From assembly GCA_023264445.1 (NCBI GenBank), contig JAHFMN010000002.1:142720-206719 (forward strand): a stretch of 64,000 bases of DNA. Reading direction: 5' to 3'. The stretch comes from Candidatus Kaiserbacteria bacterium (GTDB lineage: Bacteria; Patescibacteriota; Minisyncoccia; Phycocordibacterales; Phycocordibacteraceae). This document shows positions 60,982 to 64,000 of the stretch, piece by piece. Every line of letters begins with the position of its first letter. Within the stretch, counting starts at the first letter, position 1. The notes below the pieces were generated by a model. The model saw only the letters and a list, made by a program, of their open reading frames with translations. It was not told the DNA's origin and did no database searches. The translations under genes and the position numbers were made by a program.

Positions 60982-62823
60982 ATGGTTCAGCGGGGATTCA
61001 TACACATTTTCTTAGTTCTCATAGCTGTTGTGCTGATTGGCGCGGGCGTTTACATGGTTTTTCACACACGCTTAACAATCACACCCAATCTCCCGCCAGA
61101 ATCCTCATCAACTTCAGAAACGTCGAGCCAGGCAAACAATTCCACCTCCGTTCTTGCGGGTAATCCAGTTTCCGATTCAACATCAGTCCCAGTCTCGTCT
61201 CCACCTTCCTCGTCCACCGGGGTTCCTGTCTCAAATGGCTCATCACCCCTTGGCTCAAATGTAAATTATATTGCCGACTGGGTGTCGGAGATCATGCTCA
61301 AAGATGTCGGTAGGCGGATTCGCGACTTCACGTGTACTCCATCGCCATGTACGGTAGACGCAAACGGCTGGCCAATCATATCCTCCGGTCAAACGGCGGC
61401 AACAAGTATCTTTACCAATCTTGCAGGAAAATATCCGACAGGTACGTACCATGTGTTCTATGACGGCGTCGGCTCGCTTAATTATAGTGGAGGAACGCGG
61501 GATGCTGGAGCATCAAACGCCGGGCATGATGTGGTTACGGTGACGAACAATACGAGTGGATTCGGTTATTCCATCACCTCAAGCAATCCTTCCCCGAATC
61601 ACATCAGGAATATCCGGGTCATTATTCCCGGCGGCGACTGTGGTGATGTGTTTGTGCCGGCAGACACGGCATCGGATTGTACTAACTCGGCACGTTTTCG
61701 CCCCAATTATCAAACGTATGTTGAACAGCCGTTTTATAGTCGATTTTTGAAACTATACCGTCCCTACAAAGCCATCCGCTACCTCAATGTGTTGCTACCT
61801 GACCAGGGTTCGCAGGGAGGAGCGATACTTACCACACCCCGCCCATGGTCAGCGCGAGTGAAAATGACCGATGCCATCTGGCTGCGGCGAGGCGTACCGG
61901 TTGAGTTGCTAGTAAAACTGGCAAACACACTGCACGCCGATCCGTGGTTTACCATCCCGCATCTTGCCAATGACCTTATCAGTGATAATCCCTCAGATCC
62001 GTACGTTCGGCAGTTCGCAACGTATGTTCGCGACAATCTGAATACCGATCTGAAGGCCTATGTTGAGTATTCCAATGAAGTGTGGAACGGAATGTTTGAG
62101 TCAAGCCGCCATGCCACTCAGAAAGGGCAGGACTTAGGACTTTCTACGGCGGATAATAAGAATCTCGGCTCCCTCCGCTATCAATCACAGCAATCGGTCA
62201 AGCTATTCAAAATATGGAACGATGTATACGGCGGCCGTTCGAAGCGGATAGTGCGAGTGATAGCAGCGCAAGGTACTGTCGGAATGTCGGAAGGCGAACC
62301 GTATGCCGCAAAAAATCTACTTGATTGGCAGGAAGCATATAAAGCAGCAGATGCACTCGCAGTCCCTGAATATTTCAATGCATTGCCGCAAGATCAGGCG
62401 ACCGTTGCCGCCTATACGCTCGATCAACTTTTTGCATACATAAAAGAGACTCTCATCCCAAGAAATATTCTTGTAACTAAGGATAATGCTGCTGCGGCAA
62501 AGAAACGCGGACTTGAGCTCATTGCGTATGAAGGAGGACAGCACTTAGTCGAACTAGGGGATTTCCAGAAAAACACAAACTTAAATTCGCTCTATAATGC
62601 TGCGAATCGCGACCAACGCATGGGCGAGGCATATGCGCAACTTCTGAATGGATGGAGGGAGAACGGCGGACACCTTTTCGTGCATTTCCTCAATGTGAGT
62701 CAGCAGGCGTCTGGTGCATTCGGGCGTTTCGGCGCGCTTGAATCCATGCTGCAAGATCCGGCAGTATCTCCCAAATACCAAGCACTTATGACATTTATTG
62801 CGGATAATCCAAAGTGGTGGTGA
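60982..62823 (+). CDS. exported glycoside-hydrolase-like (clan GH-A-type) protein with Ser/Pro linker
   Basis: N-terminal hydrophobic helix; DPWFTIPH, YVEYSNEVWN, AYEGGQH motifs. Confidence 0.65.
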   Translation: MVQRGFIHIFLVLIAVVLIGAGVYMVFHTRLTITPNLPPESSSTSETSSQANNSTSVLAGNPVSDSTSVPVSSPPSSSTGVPVSNGSSPLGSNVNYIADWVSEIMLKDVGRRIRDFTCTPSPCTVDANGWPIISSGQTAATSIFTNLAGKYPTGTYHVFYDGVGSLNYSGGTRDAGASNAGHDVVTVTNNTSGFGYSITSSNPSPNHIRNIRVIIPGGDCGDVFVPADTASDCTNSARFRPNYQTYVEQPFYSRFLKLYRPYKAIRYLNVLLPDQGSQGGAILTTPRPWSARVKMTDAIWLRRGVPVELLVKLANTLHADPWFTIPHLANDLISDNPSDPYVRQFATYVRDNLNTDLKAYVEYSNEVWNGMFESSRHATQKGQDLGLSTADNKNLGSLRYQSQQSVKLFKIWNDVYGGRSKRIVRVIAAQGTVGMSEGEPYAAKNLLDWQEAYKAADALAVPEYFNALPQDQATVAAYTLDQLFAYIKETLIPRNILVTKDNAAAAKKRGLELIAYEGGQHLVELGDFQKNTNLNSLYNAANRDQRMGEAYAQLLNGWRENGGHLFVHFLNVSQQASGAFGRFGALESMLQDPAVSPKYQALMTFIADNPKWW

Positions 62824-62850
62824 TGCACCGCCTGTGCATCAATAGGCGCG

Positions 62851-63249
62851 CTACGGTCGTTCTTCAAGAATCTTGAGTATCTTCTCAAGCTTTTCGTCTT
62901 CGATGCGTGCGAGGCGGCGTTGGAGATCCTCGATTTCTTCCTTGGCCTGGACGTTCGTTTCGTAGTCCGCTTCCGCCTGTGCACGATCGCGTTCGGCCTG
63001 ACGATTCTGACTCATCATGACAAAGGTGGTGAGGAATATCGCTTCAAGCGAGACGATCATCGTAAGAAAACTGTACGGGAAGGCTTCAATATCTAATGCA
63101 ATCCAGCCGACGAACCAGACGATGTGGATAATGGCAAAGGACCATGAGCCGACAAAGCTAGCGACCATATCTGCGAATCGGTCGCCGAACGTACGTTCTA
63201 TCCGATGTTTCTGATGCCAGTTCATTTCCATATGAGGTAATAATAACAC
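62851..63249 (-). CDS. DUF1003 membrane protein
   Basis: FVGSW.F, FPY.FL..SLEAIFL..MSQNRQ. Confidence 0.88.
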   Translation of the reverse strand: MLLLPHMEMNWHQKHRIERTFGDRFADMVASFVGSWSFAIIHIVWFVGWIALDIEAFPYSFLTMIVSLEAIFLTTFVMMSQNRQAERDRAQAEADYETNVQAKEEIEDLQRRLARIEDEKLEKILKILEERP

Positions 63250-63289
63250 TTGCTGGCAGGGGTGCAGGATGAGCTATACTCAACCCCAT

Positions 63290-64000
63290 ATGGAACAAAA
63301 ATCGGTTGCAGAGGCAGTAAATCTCTCGGGGAAGGTCGCCATCATTACCGGCGGCGCGATGGGTATCGGCTTTGCGATAGCGAGCAGACTTGGAGAGGCA
63401 GGAGCGAAAGTGCTTGTTGCCGACAAGAATGCGGCCGCCGCTGAAGCGGCGGCGGAAAAGATAGGAGGTGCGATTGCATGCACCGTGGACGTCTCCGATC
63501 AGGCGCAAGTGGAAGTGATGATTGCAAAGGCCGTGGGCGAGCTCGGCGCGGTAGACATCCTCGTGAACAACGCAGGCATCTATCCCACGAAACCTGTGAT
63601 GGACTCAACGAAAGAAGATTTCGAGAACATCATCCATACTAACCTCATGGGCGCATTTTTTGCGGCGAAGGCGGCGGCGAATCAGATGATTGCGCAGGGC
63701 AGAGGCGGCAAGATTATTAACATCACGTCCATCGATGCGCTCCACCCCTCTTCCGTCGGCCTTGCTTTCTATGATGCAAGCAAACATGGCCTTTGGGGCT
63801 TCACTAAGAATCTCGCTCTCGAGCTTGCGCCACATAAAATCTGGGTGAATGCGATTGCTCCGGGTGGCGTACTCACGCCAGGTACCGGTCTTGGTGGGAC
63901 TGCGAACCCAGACCTCACGAAGATTATGGATGCCTTCATGGCAAAGATACCTATGCATCGCATGGCGGACGCCGATGAGATAGGGAAGGTTGCGCTCTTC
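63290..64000 (+). CDS. short-chain dehydrogenase/reductase (truncated by window end)
   Basis: Manual translation: TGGAMGIG, LVNNAGI, YDASK, VNAIAPG. Confidence 0.92.
   Translation, partial: MEQKSVAEAVNLSGKVAIITGGAMGIGFAIASRLGEAGAKVLVADKNAAAAEAAAEKIGGAIACTVDVSDQAQVEVMIAKAVGELGAVDILVNNAGIYPTKPVMDSTKEDFENIIHTNLMGAFFAAKAAANQMIAQGRGGKIINITSIDALHPSSVGLAFYDASKHGLWGFTKNLALELAPHKIWVNAIAPGGVLTPGTGLGGTANPDLTKIMDAFMAKIPMHRMADADEIGKVALF

Overview
This 64-kb bacterial chromosome segment has gene content and style pointing to a Patescibacteria/CPR (Parcubacteria-like) genome; the taxonomy is an inference. It carries housekeeping genes (infC, rnj, secG, groES/EL, ligA, gatCA, prfB, ftsEX, pyrG), an oxidative-stress/repair cluster (DUF2127-MsrA fusion, msrB, VKOR, bcp, nth, mutY) and a complete type IV pilus/competence locus ending in a large repeat-rich PilX-like adhesin. 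There are seven tRNA genes and an AT-rich BcgI-like restriction-modification islet at tRNA-Ser. Main hidden features: (1) a tRNA(CAT) split after the anticodon by a compact 249-nt group I intron, with a free-standing HNH nuclease on one side and an att-bounded cargo islet on the other; (2) miniature inverted-repeat elements with 6-bp target duplications, one of which replaces a gene start with its own RBS and ATG; (3) pervasive -10 boxes immediately upstream of start codons, suggesting leaderless mRNAs; (4) repeated loss of Fe-S/Zn cysteine ligands in several enzymes; (5) an unannotated 39-aa transcription unit; (6) a Cys-rich protein / unknown protein / 7TM histidine kinase operon. No CRISPR array, rRNA, integrase or transposase was seen. 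All calls come from reading the sequence and motifs by eye; no database searches were run.
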